A stretch of DNA of 64,000 nucleotides from an uncultured delta proteobacterium (GCA_963806225.1 CAWDXG010000001.1:1568001-1632000), one strand, 5' to 3'; counted from the first letter of the stretch, positions 11,485 to 21,490 are shown. Numbers and translations: made by a program. Notes: a model not told the origin generated them from the sequence alone.

Positions 11485-12884
11485 TGTTCCGCGGGCGCGT
11501 GCGTCACGTGCACTTCATCGGGGTCGGCGGCATCGGCATGAGCGGCCTGGCCGAGATCCTGCGCACGCTGGAGTTCGACGTGTCGGGCTCGGATCTGCGC
11601 GAGGGCGAGACGACGCGCCGGCTCTCGCGGCTCGGCGTTCGCGTGGATCTCGGTCATCGCGCTGCCAACGTGCACGGCGCGGATGTGATCGTGTATTCGA
11701 GCGCGATCAACGAGGAGAACCCGGAGATCGCCGAAGCCCGCGCGCTGGGCACGCCGGTCATCTCCCGCGCGGAGATGCTGGCCGAGTTGATGCGCGTCAA
11801 ATACGGCATCGCGATCGCCGGCTCGCACGGCAAGACCACGACCACGTCGCTGGTGGCCACCGTGCTGCGCGCAGCGGGCTTCGACCCCACGGTCGTGGTC
11901 GGCGGACGCATGGCGGCGCTCGGCTCCAACGCGCGGCTCGGCGCCGGCGATCTGCTGGTGGCGGAGGCGGACGAGAGCGACGGGTCCTTCCTGCGCCTGA
12001 CGCCGACCATCGCGGCCATCACCAATATCGATCCCGAGCACCTGGACTTCTACGGCAGCCACGAGGCGATCAAGGAGGCCTTCGTCCAGTTCGTCGAGAA
12101 GGTACCCTTCTACGGCCTGGCGGTGCTCTGCCTCGACCACCCTGCCGTGCAGGAGCTCTTGCCGCGCGTCCGGCGGCGCCATGTGACGTACGGCGTGTCG
12201 CCGCAGGCGGACTACTCGGCGCGCGCTATCAACTTCCGCGGCACGCTCACCAGCTTCGTCGCCTACAAGCAGAACGATCCGCTCGGCGAGTTCAGCGTGC
12301 GCATGCCCGGCCAGCACAACGTGCTCAACACGCTGGCCGCGATCGCGATCGCCGACGAGCTCGAAGTGCCGCTCGACGTGATGAAGGAAGCTCTGGCCAC
12401 CTTCCACGGAGTGGCGCGGCGCTTTTCCGTCGTCGGCGAGGTGGAGGGCGTCACGCTCGTCGACGACTACGGCCACCATCCCGCGGAGATCGTGGCGACG
12501 CTCGACGCCGCACGGCGCGCCTACGACCAGCGCGTCCTGGTCGCCTTCCAGCCGCATCGCTACTCGCGGACCGAGCACCTGTTCGACGAGTTCACGCGCG
12601 CCTTCAACAAGGCGGACCTGGTGCTGGTGACGGACATCTACCCCGCGGGCGAGAAGCCCATCGCCGGCGTCACGGCGGAGCGGCTTGCGCAGGCGATTGC
12701 CGACCACGGTCATCACGCGGTCCGCTACGTCTCCGATCGCGCAGATGTCGCGGGGCAGCTCGCCGACGAGGCGCGCCCCGGCGACGTGGTCATCGCGCTC
12801 GGAGCGGGCGACATCAACAAGGTGCTCGGCGACGTGTCGGCGAACATCAGCGCCCGGGCGGGCAAGAAGGGGGCACAGCCGTGA
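11484..12884 (+). CDS. murC: UDP-MurNAc:L-Ala ligase MurC
   Basis: HFIGVGGIGMSGLA, GSHGKTTTT, EADESDGSF, NIDPEHLD, DDYGHHPAE, FQPHRYSRT. Confidence 0.97.
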   Translation: MFRGRVRHVHFIGVGGIGMSGLAEILRTLEFDVSGSDLREGETTRRLSRLGVRVDLGHRAANVHGADVIVYSSAINEENPEIAEARALGTPVISRAEMLAELMRVKYGIAIAGSHGKTTTTSLVATVLRAAGFDPTVVVGGRMAALGSNARLGAGDLLVAEADESDGSFLRLTPTIAAITNIDPEHLDFYGSHEAIKEAFVQFVEKVPFYGLAVLCLDHPAVQELLPRVRRRHVTYGVSPQADYSARAINFRGTLTSFVAYKQNDPLGEFSVRMPGQHNVLNTLAAIAIADELEVPLDVMKEALATFHGVARRFSVVGEVEGVTLVDDYGHHPAEIVATLDAARRAYDQRVLVAFQPHRYSRTEHLFDEFTRAFNKADLVLVTDIYPAGEKPIAGVTAERLAQAIADHGHHAVRYVSDRADVAGQLADEARPGDVVIALGAGDINKVLGDVSANISARAGKKGAQP

Positions 12885-13777
12885 GTCGCACGAGCAGGGT
12901 GGTCGAGGCGCCGGCAGAGGACGCCTTCGTCGAGAGCGAGAGCCCGAAGCCGGGTCCCGTCCGGTCGAAGTCGCGGCGCGTGAAGAGAGAGAGTGCGCCT
13001 GCTCCGGGCCGGGGACGGACGCTCTCGTCGCTGTGGTCGGCGCTCAAGCTGGCCTCCGGTGTGCTCGTGGTCGTTGCTGCGTCCGTCGCCGTGGCCTGGG
13101 GCGCGCATCGCTATGCGCTCAGCACGCCGCGCTTCGCGGTGAAGAAGCTCGACATCCGCGGCAGCCGGCGGCTGGGGCAGCAGCAGATCGAGAAGCTCGC
13201 CGGCATCCGCGTGGGCGAGAACATCTTCGCACTGGACACGGCGGCGGCGGAACGGCGGCTGCTGGACGACCCCTGGGTCAAGGAGGTGAAGATCACCCGC
13301 CAGCTGCCGGGCACGCTGCGTGTCGAGCTGTCCGAGCACGAAGCGCGCGCTGTCGCGTCCATCGACGGCAGCCTCTACCTCCTGACGCGGACGGGCGAGC
13401 CGTTCAAGCAGCTGGGGGCCGGGGATCCGTTCGACCTGCCCGTGATCACGGGCATCTCCGCCCAGAACCTGGCGCGCGATCGCAAGGGCGCGATCCGGCG
13501 CATCGAGGTCGGGCTGGATGTGCTCGAGAACTACAACCGCATCCCGCTCAGCAAGACCTACCCCGCCGAGGAGGTCCATCTGATGGCCGGCGGCGGCGCA
13601 GTGCTGACCGTCGGCAAGGACGGAGTGACGCTCGAGCTCGGGCACGGGCCCTGGCGCAAGAAGCTCCTGATGGCGGCCCGGGTCATCGGCAGGTTGCGCG
13701 CCAAGGGCCAGCAGCCGGGCATCGTCTTCCTCGACAACGAAGCGCACCCCGAGCGGGTGGTGGTGAGGATGCGATGA
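12881..13777 (+). CDS. ftsQ: Cell division protein FtsQ/DivIB (POTRA)
   Basis: Basic cytoplasmic N-terminus, single TM, and POTRA segment (NIFALD...PWVKEVKITRQLPGTLRVELSE). Positioned before ftsA. Confidence 0.9.
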   Translation: MSRTSRVVEAPAEDAFVESESPKPGPVRSKSRRVKRESAPAPGRGRTLSSLWSALKLASGVLVVVAASVAVAWGAHRYALSTPRFAVKKLDIRGSRRLGQQQIEKLAGIRVGENIFALDTAAAERRLLDDPWVKEVKITRQLPGTLRVELSEHEARAVASIDGSLYLLTRTGEPFKQLGAGDPFDLPVITGISAQNLARDRKGAIRRIEVGLDVLENYNRIPLSKTYPAEEVHLMAGGGAVLTVGKDGVTLELGHGPWRKKLLMAARVIGRLRAKGQQPGIVFLDNEAHPERVVVRMR

Positions 13778-13916
13778 CTACGCGCCCCATGCCTTCAATG
13801 ACCCCGGAAGCATTCGTGAAAACTTGGCCCCGTTTCGGCCTTGGTGGCAGCGTCGGACCGACTTCCGGCCGGCGTCCCACGCGGGTCGTCGCCGGACCAG
13901 CTGCCACGAGAGAGAC

Positions 13917-15184
<1,268 letters not shown>

Positions 15185-15324
15185 GTCGTTCCTGAAGTGT
15201 AGATACCCAACGGAGAGAGCGAAGAGGCAACGACAAGAGCCGACATCCGGGTCCACATGGGAGAGGCAGCTCCCGGGCACGAGAGGCGGCACGCGGCGAC
15301 AAGTCGCACCGGGAGGATAGGACG

Positions 15325-16554
15325 ATGAGTTTCTCTATCGAGTTCGCCGATGACGCGCAGCAGTACCAGGCGCGCATCAAGGTCATCGGCGTAGGCGGTT
15401 CGGGCGGCAACGCCATCAACACGATGATCCACTTCGGTCTGGAAGGAGTGGAGTTCATCACGGTCAACACGGACGCGCAGGCCCTGAACGCCAACGCGGC
15501 CGCGGAGAAGATTCCGATCGGCGGTAGCGTGACGCGCGGTCTGGGCGCCGGCGCGGATCCGGAGCGGGGTCGCAAGGCCGCGCTGGAGGACGTGACGCGC
15601 CTCAAGGAGGCGATCGACGGCGCCGACATGGTGTTCGTCACCGCTGGCATGGGCGGCGGCACGGGAACGGGCGCGGCTCCGGTCATCGCCCAGCTGGCCC
15701 GCGAGGCCGGCGCGCTCACGGTCGGCGTCGTGACCAAGCCCTTCGTCTTCGAGGGACGGCAGCGTTCGCGCCGCGCCCAGCAGGGACTTTCCATGCTGAG
15801 CGAGCACGTCGACACGCTCATCACGATCCCCAACGAGAAGCTGATGACGCTGGCGGACGACGAGCTGACGTTCGTCGATGCGTTCCGCAAGGCGGACGAG
15901 GTGCTCTACCAGGCGGTCAAGGGCATCAGCGACCTCATCACGCTCGACGGCATCGTCAACGTCGACTTCGCGGACGTGCGGACGGTGATGGCGAACATGG
16001 GCCGCGCGCTCATGGGCACCGGCTGTGCCAAGGGCGAGGGCCGCGCGCGGCTCGCGGCCGAGCAGGCCGTGCAGTCGCCGCTGCTCGACAACATCTCCGT
16101 GGAAGGCGCGACCGGCGTGCTCATCAACGTGGTCGGCGGTCCGGACATGAAGATGCGCGAGATCCAGGAAGCGGCCTCGCTCATCCAGGAGCAGGCGCAC
16201 GAGGATGCCAACATCATCTTCGGCGCCAGCATCGACGAGGGCATGGCCGACGCGCTCAAGGTGACGGTCATCGCGACCGGCTTCGACGCGATGGAGGAGC
16301 AGATCCCGGTCGAGATCGCCGCCGAGACGCGGCGCCCCGCCGAGCGCGCTGCTCCCCCCTCGCGGCAGATGCAGCGCGAGCCGATGCCGGCTTATTCGAC
16401 CCGGCGCCCCGCCGCCGCAGCGGCCAGTCTGCAGGCCTCGTCCCCGCGCGAGCCGCAGTCCTCGCTGCCTCCGGTCCGCGAGCGGATCACGTTCCCGTCG
16501 AGCCTCGATCACGACTGGGACACGCCTGCCTTCCAGCGTCGCCAGAGCGGCTGA
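15325..16554 (+). CDS. ftsZ: Cell division protein FtsZ
   Basis: IKVIGVGGSGGNA, GMGGGTGTG, NVDFAD. GGGAGG Shine-Dalgarno upstream. Confidence 0.99.
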   Translation: MSFSIEFADDAQQYQARIKVIGVGGSGGNAINTMIHFGLEGVEFITVNTDAQALNANAAAEKIPIGGSVTRGLGAGADPERGRKAALEDVTRLKEAIDGADMVFVTAGMGGGTGTGAAPVIAQLAREAGALTVGVVTKPFVFEGRQRSRRAQQGLSMLSEHVDTLITIPNEKLMTLADDELTFVDAFRKADEVLYQAVKGISDLITLDGIVNVDFADVRTVMANMGRALMGTGCAKGEGRARLAAEQAVQSPLLDNISVEGATGVLINVVGGPDMKMREIQEAASLIQEQAHEDANIIFGASIDEGMADALKVTVIATGFDAMEEQIPVEIAAETRRPAERAAPPSRQMQREPMPAYSTRRPAAAAASLQASSPREPQSSLPPVRERITFPSSLDHDWDTPAFQRRQSG

Positions 16555-16589
16555 CGGCGCTGCCTCTCGACAATCCGTGGGTATGTTGG

Positions 16590-16628
16590 ACCGCTCCGTC
16601 CTCGCGAGAGGGCGGAGCGGTTCGTTTT
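16590..16628 (+). terminator. Intrinsic terminator after ftsZ
   Basis: Stem ACCGCTCCGTCCTC / GAGGGCGGAGCGGT with a GCGA (GNRA) loop, followed by TCGTTTT. Confidence 0.8.
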
Positions 16629-16765
16629 CCATGGCCTGCCTTCACGGTCAGGTACACGCGGCCCCCCGACATGGGTCCTTCCCGCGAAACCCGCCGCATT
16701 TCAAAGCGTTCTGCGGCCCGGTAGGTGTCGGGCCGGGCGATCGGGCCCGGGCCCGGCATTGGCTG

Positions 16766-16793
16766 TTGACTCCCGCAGCCGGCCATCTACTGT
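16766..16793 (+). promoter_or_regulatory. Putative sigma70-type promoter for the lipoprotein at 16837
   Basis: TTGACT-16 nt-TACTGT, followed by a GAGGGAG RBS before GTG 16837. Confidence 0.5.
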
Positions 16794-16836
16794 GGGGCGC
16801 GCTCGCTGCCGAGCTATCGATCGAGGGAGAATATCC

Positions 16837-17286
16837 GTGCGAAGAGTCTTCTTTTTCGGGATCGTCGCCGTGGCGTCGCTGTCAGCCGGCTGCGCGGCAC
16901 GCAGTGACAACATCTACGCGCAGGACGTGACCAAGGTGTTCAACGCCCAGGGCTCTGCTCTGACGGACTGCCAGGCCCAGGCGGTGAAGCAGGACGCGAG
17001 TGCCGCCGGAACCGTGGCGGTGAAGTTCAAGGTGAAGGAGAAGACGGGCGCCTTCGTGGATCCCGCCATCATTCCGGAGAAGACGACCGCGCCGGAGTCG
17101 CTGCAGCAGTGCGTGCTGACGTACATCCCGGGCTTGAAGCTCATGCCCGGCGACAACCGTCCGGCGGCTGCTACCTACGAGTTCGTGTTCAGCCCCGTGG
17201 CGGGCGCAACGGCTTCGGCCGACACCGGTTCGGCTCCGGCGGGGCCAATGCACGTTCCGGACGCGCCGGTCCCGCCGGCGCAGTAG
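16837..17286 (+). CDS. Lipoprotein with AgmX/PglI C-terminal (TonB_C-like) domain
   Basis: Lipobox SLSAGC. Pattern C...GTVAVKFKV...G.FVD...LQQCV...YEFVF resembles the myxobacterial AgmX/PglI C-terminal domain. Confidence 0.65.
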   Translation: MRRVFFFGIVAVASLSAGCAARSDNIYAQDVTKVFNAQGSALTDCQAQAVKQDASAAGTVAVKFKVKEKTGAFVDPAIIPEKTTAPESLQQCVLTYIPGLKLMPGDNRPAAATYEFVFSPVAGATASADTGSAPAGPMHVPDAPVPPAQ

Positions 17287-17379
17287 CAGGGCACGGCGCG
17301 CCGCGCGTTCTATGCCCGGGAGGCTCGCGTGACCGGTCGCCGGCGCGCGAGCCTGCCTTGAGAAAAGGGAGGTGGGTCT

Positions 17380-17643
17380 ATGGTGATCGTGCGGCGGTTG
17401 GTTCTTGCTTTTGGTCTGGCAACACTGTGCGCGGTGGTGCTGGGCGGTTGCGGCCCCGATACGGCGCCACCCATGACCGCGGCCGGCGTTGCCACTCCGT
17501 GCAATCCGGCTCGCTGCGGCCAGCGTCCACTCGCACCGCGGCGTCGCTGTGCGGACGGCAGCTATGCCGGCGTGGGAGCCTGCGTGCAGACCGGCGGCGC
17601 GCGCTGCGGCTGGCAGGTCATCGACTGCCCCTCGGGCGGCTGA
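17380..17643 (+). CDS. Small cysteine-rich lipoprotein
   Basis: GGGAGG RBS, lipobox VLGGC, and a compact six-Cys mature domain. Confidence 0.65.
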   Translation: MVIVRRLVLAFGLATLCAVVLGGCGPDTAPPMTAAGVATPCNPARCGQRPLAPRRRCADGSYAGVGACVQTGGARCGWQVIDCPSGG

Positions 17644-17693
17644 CGCGGCGATCCCGGCAGGCCGCGCCGGTTGCGGGGGGCTGCCGACGCCCG

Positions 17694-18206
17694 TCAGTGT
17701 GACCCGGACAGCTCCTCGAGCAGCTCGTTCGCGCGCGCCTCGCCGAGCTCGAGCCCGCGAGCCAGGCGGTCGAGCAGATCGTGTTCCTCCGGAGTGATCT
17801 CGTTGTCGGCCGCGGCCACGGCTGCCGCCAGCAGCACCGTGGTCTCGGCCCGCACGGGGTCGCTGCGCAGGCTTTCGATCACGTCGGCCAGACACCGCTC
17901 GACGCCGTGTTCGGCGACCCGTCGCGCGGAGGAATCGAGCATGGCCTCCATGTGCGTGGTGCGCAGCCGTCCGTCCGACAGCACGTCGAGCGCCCCACGC
18001 GCTACCTCGCGTTCCACGTTCAGGACCCGGCGATCGGCTGCCATCATCAGATACAGGGCCTCGCACATCGGACCGTACTCTTCGAGTAGCTCCACCGCTT
18101 CGATCACCTGCGGCGAAGCGCTGGGGAACACCATCGAGGGGCGGCGTCCCCGTGCCTTGAGCTGATCGCGGAGCGATTCGAGTCTGCGCTGGGTCAACTG
18201 CAGCAT
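17694..18206 (-). CDS. TerB-family (tellurite-resistance-like) protein
   Basis: Duplicated TerB motif: LMMAADRRVLNVERE and AVAAADNEITPEEHDLL. Confidence 0.8.
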   Translation of the reverse strand: MLQLTQRRLESLRDQLKARGRRPSMVFPSASPQVIEAVELLEEYGPMCEALYLMMAADRRVLNVEREVARGALDVLSDGRLRTTHMEAMLDSSARRVAEHGVERCLADVIESLRSDPVRAETTVLLAAAVAAADNEITPEEHDLLDRLARGLELGEARANELLEELSGSH

Positions 18207-18290
18207 GCGCTGCCCCTATGGATACACCCGTGCCGCCGCGCTGCAAGCTGCGCCGGGCGTCCAGAGCCCGCAGGGGTTTCCGCCATCCAG

Positions 18291-19532
18291 CTAGCCTTCC
18301 AGGCGCGGGTCGAGAGCAAAACGCTGCTCCTCGTAGCCGTAGGCCGTGGGCGAAAGCTCCAGAACCGTATGCAGCGGGATCGGGATGTGGGGGCACTCCT
18401 CCTGCGGCCGCCCCATCAGGTAGCCGTAGAGCGTGCGGACGATCGCCTGGTGCCCGATCACGAGCACCGGCGAGCGCTGCCGCTCGAGCTCCACGATCAC
18501 CGGCTCGAGTCGCTGGATCACGTCCGCGTACGATTCGCCCCTCGGGTAGCGGTAGCGGAGCTTGTCCGTCGCGCGCGCTGTGTACTCATCCGGCATCTTC
18601 TCCTTGATCTGCGCGTAGGTCAGGCCATCGCAGATCCCGGCGTCTATCTCGTCGAGTGCGCGCCACGGCACCGACAGCGCCGGCAACGCAGCGGCGGATT
18701 CCAGTGTGCGCCGGAGCGTGCTCGTCCAGACCACCACGCCGGAGTCCTCGGGTGTGCGCTCCTCGATGAAGCGCGCCAGCGAGTCGCGGTACTGGCGGCC
18801 CCGATCGGTCAGGCCTGGATCGCCGCCGATGCGCCCGGCCACATTGAAGTGGCTCTCGCCGTGGCGCGTGAGCCAGATCCGGCGTTTGGCTGGGTGGATG
18901 TTCATCAAGAAGAAGATGAGCCGGGCGCCGAGGTAGCCCTCGACGCGGTTGACGACCACCTGACGGCCTACGTCGATCAGCTTGACGTAGCTCTTGTCGG
19001 CGTCGTCGACCGGCTCGTACGTCTCCTCGTAGTGGGCGATACGTTCGCGGAAGTCCCGCACCGCCTCTTCGGGGGCCACGTCGGCGTAGTCCGGCGAGCG
19101 CAGCTTGTTGTCGCGCACGTTCGCGTCCACGACGCTCTCGTCCTCGCAGATCGACTCGATGAAGATGACCTGCACACCTTCCGCCCGGCAGCGCTCGTAC
19201 ACGGTGTCGCGACGGCTGCGATCGGTGTTGGTGGCGTCGTAGATGCCGACCTCGCCGCCCTGACGGAACCAACCGAGCAGGTCGTCGAGTGCCGCGATGG
19301 CTGCGCGGGCGCGCGCCGCGTGGCCTTCGGGATTGTCGGGGCGGAAGAAGTCCGCCGACTGCCGCGCGCCCGACAGGGCGCGGCGGTACTCGCCGACGTT
19401 GAAGGCCCGCGCCCGGTAGCCCAGCCACGACAGGTAGCGGACCATCTTGCGGGAGACGAAGGTTTTCCCGCGCGCCGGGAGCCCGACCATCACCAGCGCA
19501 AGCTTCCTCGAATCGGGCTGCAGGGGGATCAT
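18291..19532 (-). CDS. Bifunctional 6-phosphofructo-2-kinase/fructose-2,6-bisphosphatase (PFKFB-like), 413 aa
   Basis: Kinase motifs MVGLPARGKT, FNVGEYRR, DATNT, FIESIC, SPDY. Linker FFLMNIH. His-phosphatase motifs RHGES, GRIGGD, WTS, DEIDAG, YRYPRGESY, RLEPVIVELER, GHQA, PLHT. GAGGT RBS before ATG 19532. Confidence 0.93.
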   Translation of the reverse strand: MIPLQPDSRKLALVMVGLPARGKTFVSRKMVRYLSWLGYRARAFNVGEYRRALSGARQSADFFRPDNPEGHAARARAAIAALDDLLGWFRQGGEVGIYDATNTDRSRRDTVYERCRAEGVQVIFIESICEDESVVDANVRDNKLRSPDYADVAPEEAVRDFRERIAHYEETYEPVDDADKSYVKLIDVGRQVVVNRVEGYLGARLIFFLMNIHPAKRRIWLTRHGESHFNVAGRIGGDPGLTDRGRQYRDSLARFIEERTPEDSGVVVWTSTLRRTLESAAALPALSVPWRALDEIDAGICDGLTYAQIKEKMPDEYTARATDKLRYRYPRGESYADVIQRLEPVIVELERQRSPVLVIGHQAIVRTLYGYLMGRPQEECPHIPIPLHTVLELSPTAYGYEEQRFALDPRLEG

Positions 19533-19631
19533 GAGTGCACCTCGCGTGACGCGCCGCCCGCTGCATCTACCAGATCCGAAGCCCGGAGTCTGCCGCCGGC
19601 CGCGCTCCGGCGTACAGTAGGGCGCTCTCCG

Positions 19632-20693
19632 ATGTCCGACCCATGTCCCGTTCGCGAGCCCGTCCGGGTTACCCTGCTCAGCGGTTTCCTGGGCGCCGGC
19701 AAGACCACGCTCCTCAACCGTATCCTGAGGGGCGAGCACGGCCGCCGCATGGCCGTCGTGGTCAATGACTTCGGCGACGTCGACATCGACAGCCAGCTTG
19801 TCATCGGCATCGAGGGGAACACCGTCAGCCTGAGCAGCGGCTGTATCTGCTGCACCATCAACGAGGATCTGGTCACGACGATCCGCGATCTGCTGCGTCG
19901 GGCCGTGCCACCCCAGCATATCGTCGTGGAGATGAGCGGCGTGGCCGACCCGGGCAGCGTCGTGCAGAGCTTCCTGATGATGGCGAGGACCTGGCCACTC
20001 CAGCTCGACGGCGTGCTCGCCGTCGTCGATGCGGAACAATTCCCGGAGCCCGGCAGCGAGCACTACGTGCTGGCGCGGCAGCAGCTCGCCCTCGCCGACG
20101 TCATCCTCCTCAACAAGGCCGACCTGGTCGAGCCCGCGGCGCTCGAGGCGCTCGGGCGCAGCATCCACGAGCTGGTGCCGACTGCGCGCGTGGTGGAGTC
20201 CGTGCGCGCGGCAGCGCCGCTCGAGCTGTTGCTCGGCGTCGGCTCGCCGTCGTCGCAGGCGCTGCTCGAGCCGCGCGACGTGTCCAGCGAGCCCGCCGCG
20301 CATCGTCACGCGGAGCTCCACGATCACGAAAGCGTGTTCAGCACGGTCAGCTACGTGACGCCGGATCCGATTTCGCTCGAGCGGCTGCGCGAGACGGCTA
20401 CCGGGCTGCCGCCGAGCGTATTCCGCGCCAAGGGCATCGTGTACCTCGACCAGCGTCCGGACTACCGCGTGATCCTGCAGGTGGTGGGGCGCCGAGCGGA
20501 GCTATCGCTCGGCGAGCCCTGGGGCGAGGCCAGGCCGGCGACCAGCCTCGTCTTCATCGGGCGCCGCGGCAGTCTCGACGCCGCCTCGCTAGCGTCGATG
20601 CTGGACGCCTGCGCGGTCCGGAGCCCCGGCCGAGCGCGCCTGCCGCTCCGTCGAGCGCTCACCTGGGTGCGGCGGCTCTGGCGCCCCGGGTGA
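19632..20693 (+). CDS. COG0523/CobW-family G3E GTPase (metallochaperone)
   Basis: SGFLGAGKTT, VNDFG, GCICC, EMSGVADP, LNKADL, His-rich linker, and CobW_C segment FRAKG. Confidence 0.92.
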   Translation: MSDPCPVREPVRVTLLSGFLGAGKTTLLNRILRGEHGRRMAVVVNDFGDVDIDSQLVIGIEGNTVSLSSGCICCTINEDLVTTIRDLLRRAVPPQHIVVEMSGVADPGSVVQSFLMMARTWPLQLDGVLAVVDAEQFPEPGSEHYVLARQQLALADVILLNKADLVEPAALEALGRSIHELVPTARVVESVRAAAPLELLLGVGSPSSQALLEPRDVSSEPAAHRHAELHDHESVFSTVSYVTPDPISLERLRETATGLPPSVFRAKGIVYLDQRPDYRVILQVVGRRAELSLGEPWGEARPATSLVFIGRRGSLDAASLASMLDACAVRSPGRARLPLRRALTWVRRLWRPG

Positions 20694-20746
20694 CCCGCTT
20701 TACGGCCGGCGGACGTGCAGCTACAAGCGGGGCGCACGAAGCGAGG

Positions 20747-21490
20747 ATGATTTTGCCGGCGATCAAGCTCCACCGTTTCCCCCTCAGCCACTTTTCCGAG
20801 AAGGGCAGAGCGCTGCTCGATTTCAAGGAGCTCGACTACGAGATCGTCGAGCACCAGCTCGGCCTGCCGCAGCTGGGCGTGTATCGATTGAGCGGGCAGC
20901 GCAAGGTCCCCGTCATCGAGCACGACGGCCGCGTGATCGCCGACTCCACCCGGATCGCCCTGTACCTCGAGGAGCGGTTTCCTGACAGGCGCTGCTTGTT
21001 GCCGGAGGATACGAACCGGCGGCGGGAGGTGCTGGAGCTCGAGAGCCGTATCGATCGCGTGTTCGGCGGGGCGGCCGCGGTGGCCTGGTTCGATGCCATC
21101 AGCAGCGATCGCGACGCTGTTGCACGCTTGCTCGATGTGGAAGTGTACGGCGTCGGTGCGCGGTCCTCGCGCGTGTGGGCGATGGCCGCGCAGGCCGCAT
21201 GGAAGCTGCCCGTCCCACGCCACATGGCGGCGCGGGCCCATCGCTCGACGCGCAAGCTGCTGGAGGAGCTGTGCGAGCGGCTGGATGGCTCGAGCTATCT
21301 GTGCGGTGACGAGCCGACGTTGGCCGACGTGGCGGCCGTCGGCCTCACGTTCCATCTGGAGTTTCCCCACTCGCGCGATCTGCGCATCCCGGGCCTCGCC
21401 GGCGTTGGCGTTCCGGCCTACGTAGAAGACGAGAAGCTTGCGCGCTTCTTCGAATGGCGGCGCGCGTTCTATCGCGACCTGCTTCACTGA
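20747..21490 (+). CDS. Glutathione S-transferase family protein
   Basis: SHFSEK, GQRKVPV, IADSTRIALYLE, YLCGDEPTLAD. Alternative start GTG 20690 overlaps the cobW stop. Confidence 0.88.
   Translation: MILPAIKLHRFPLSHFSEKGRALLDFKELDYEIVEHQLGLPQLGVYRLSGQRKVPVIEHDGRVIADSTRIALYLEERFPDRRCLLPEDTNRRREVLELESRIDRVFGGAAAVAWFDAISSDRDAVARLLDVEVYGVGARSSRVWAMAAQAAWKLPVPRHMAARAHRSTRKLLEELCERLDGSSYLCGDEPTLADVAAVGLTFHLEFPHSRDLRIPGLAGVGVPAYVEDEKLARFFEWRRAFYRDLLH

Noticed and set aside
18291..19532. Eukaryotic contamination as the origin of PFKFB
   Set aside because: No introns, SD present, codon style matches neighbours, and bacterial-style spacing on both sides. Read mapping is still advisable.
18291..20693. 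Long overlapping antiparallel ORFs (678 aa and 774 aa) suggesting a PFKFB-CobW overlap or fusion
   Set aside because: The extensions are stop-free antisense shadows. The real starts are 19532 (-) and 19632 (+).
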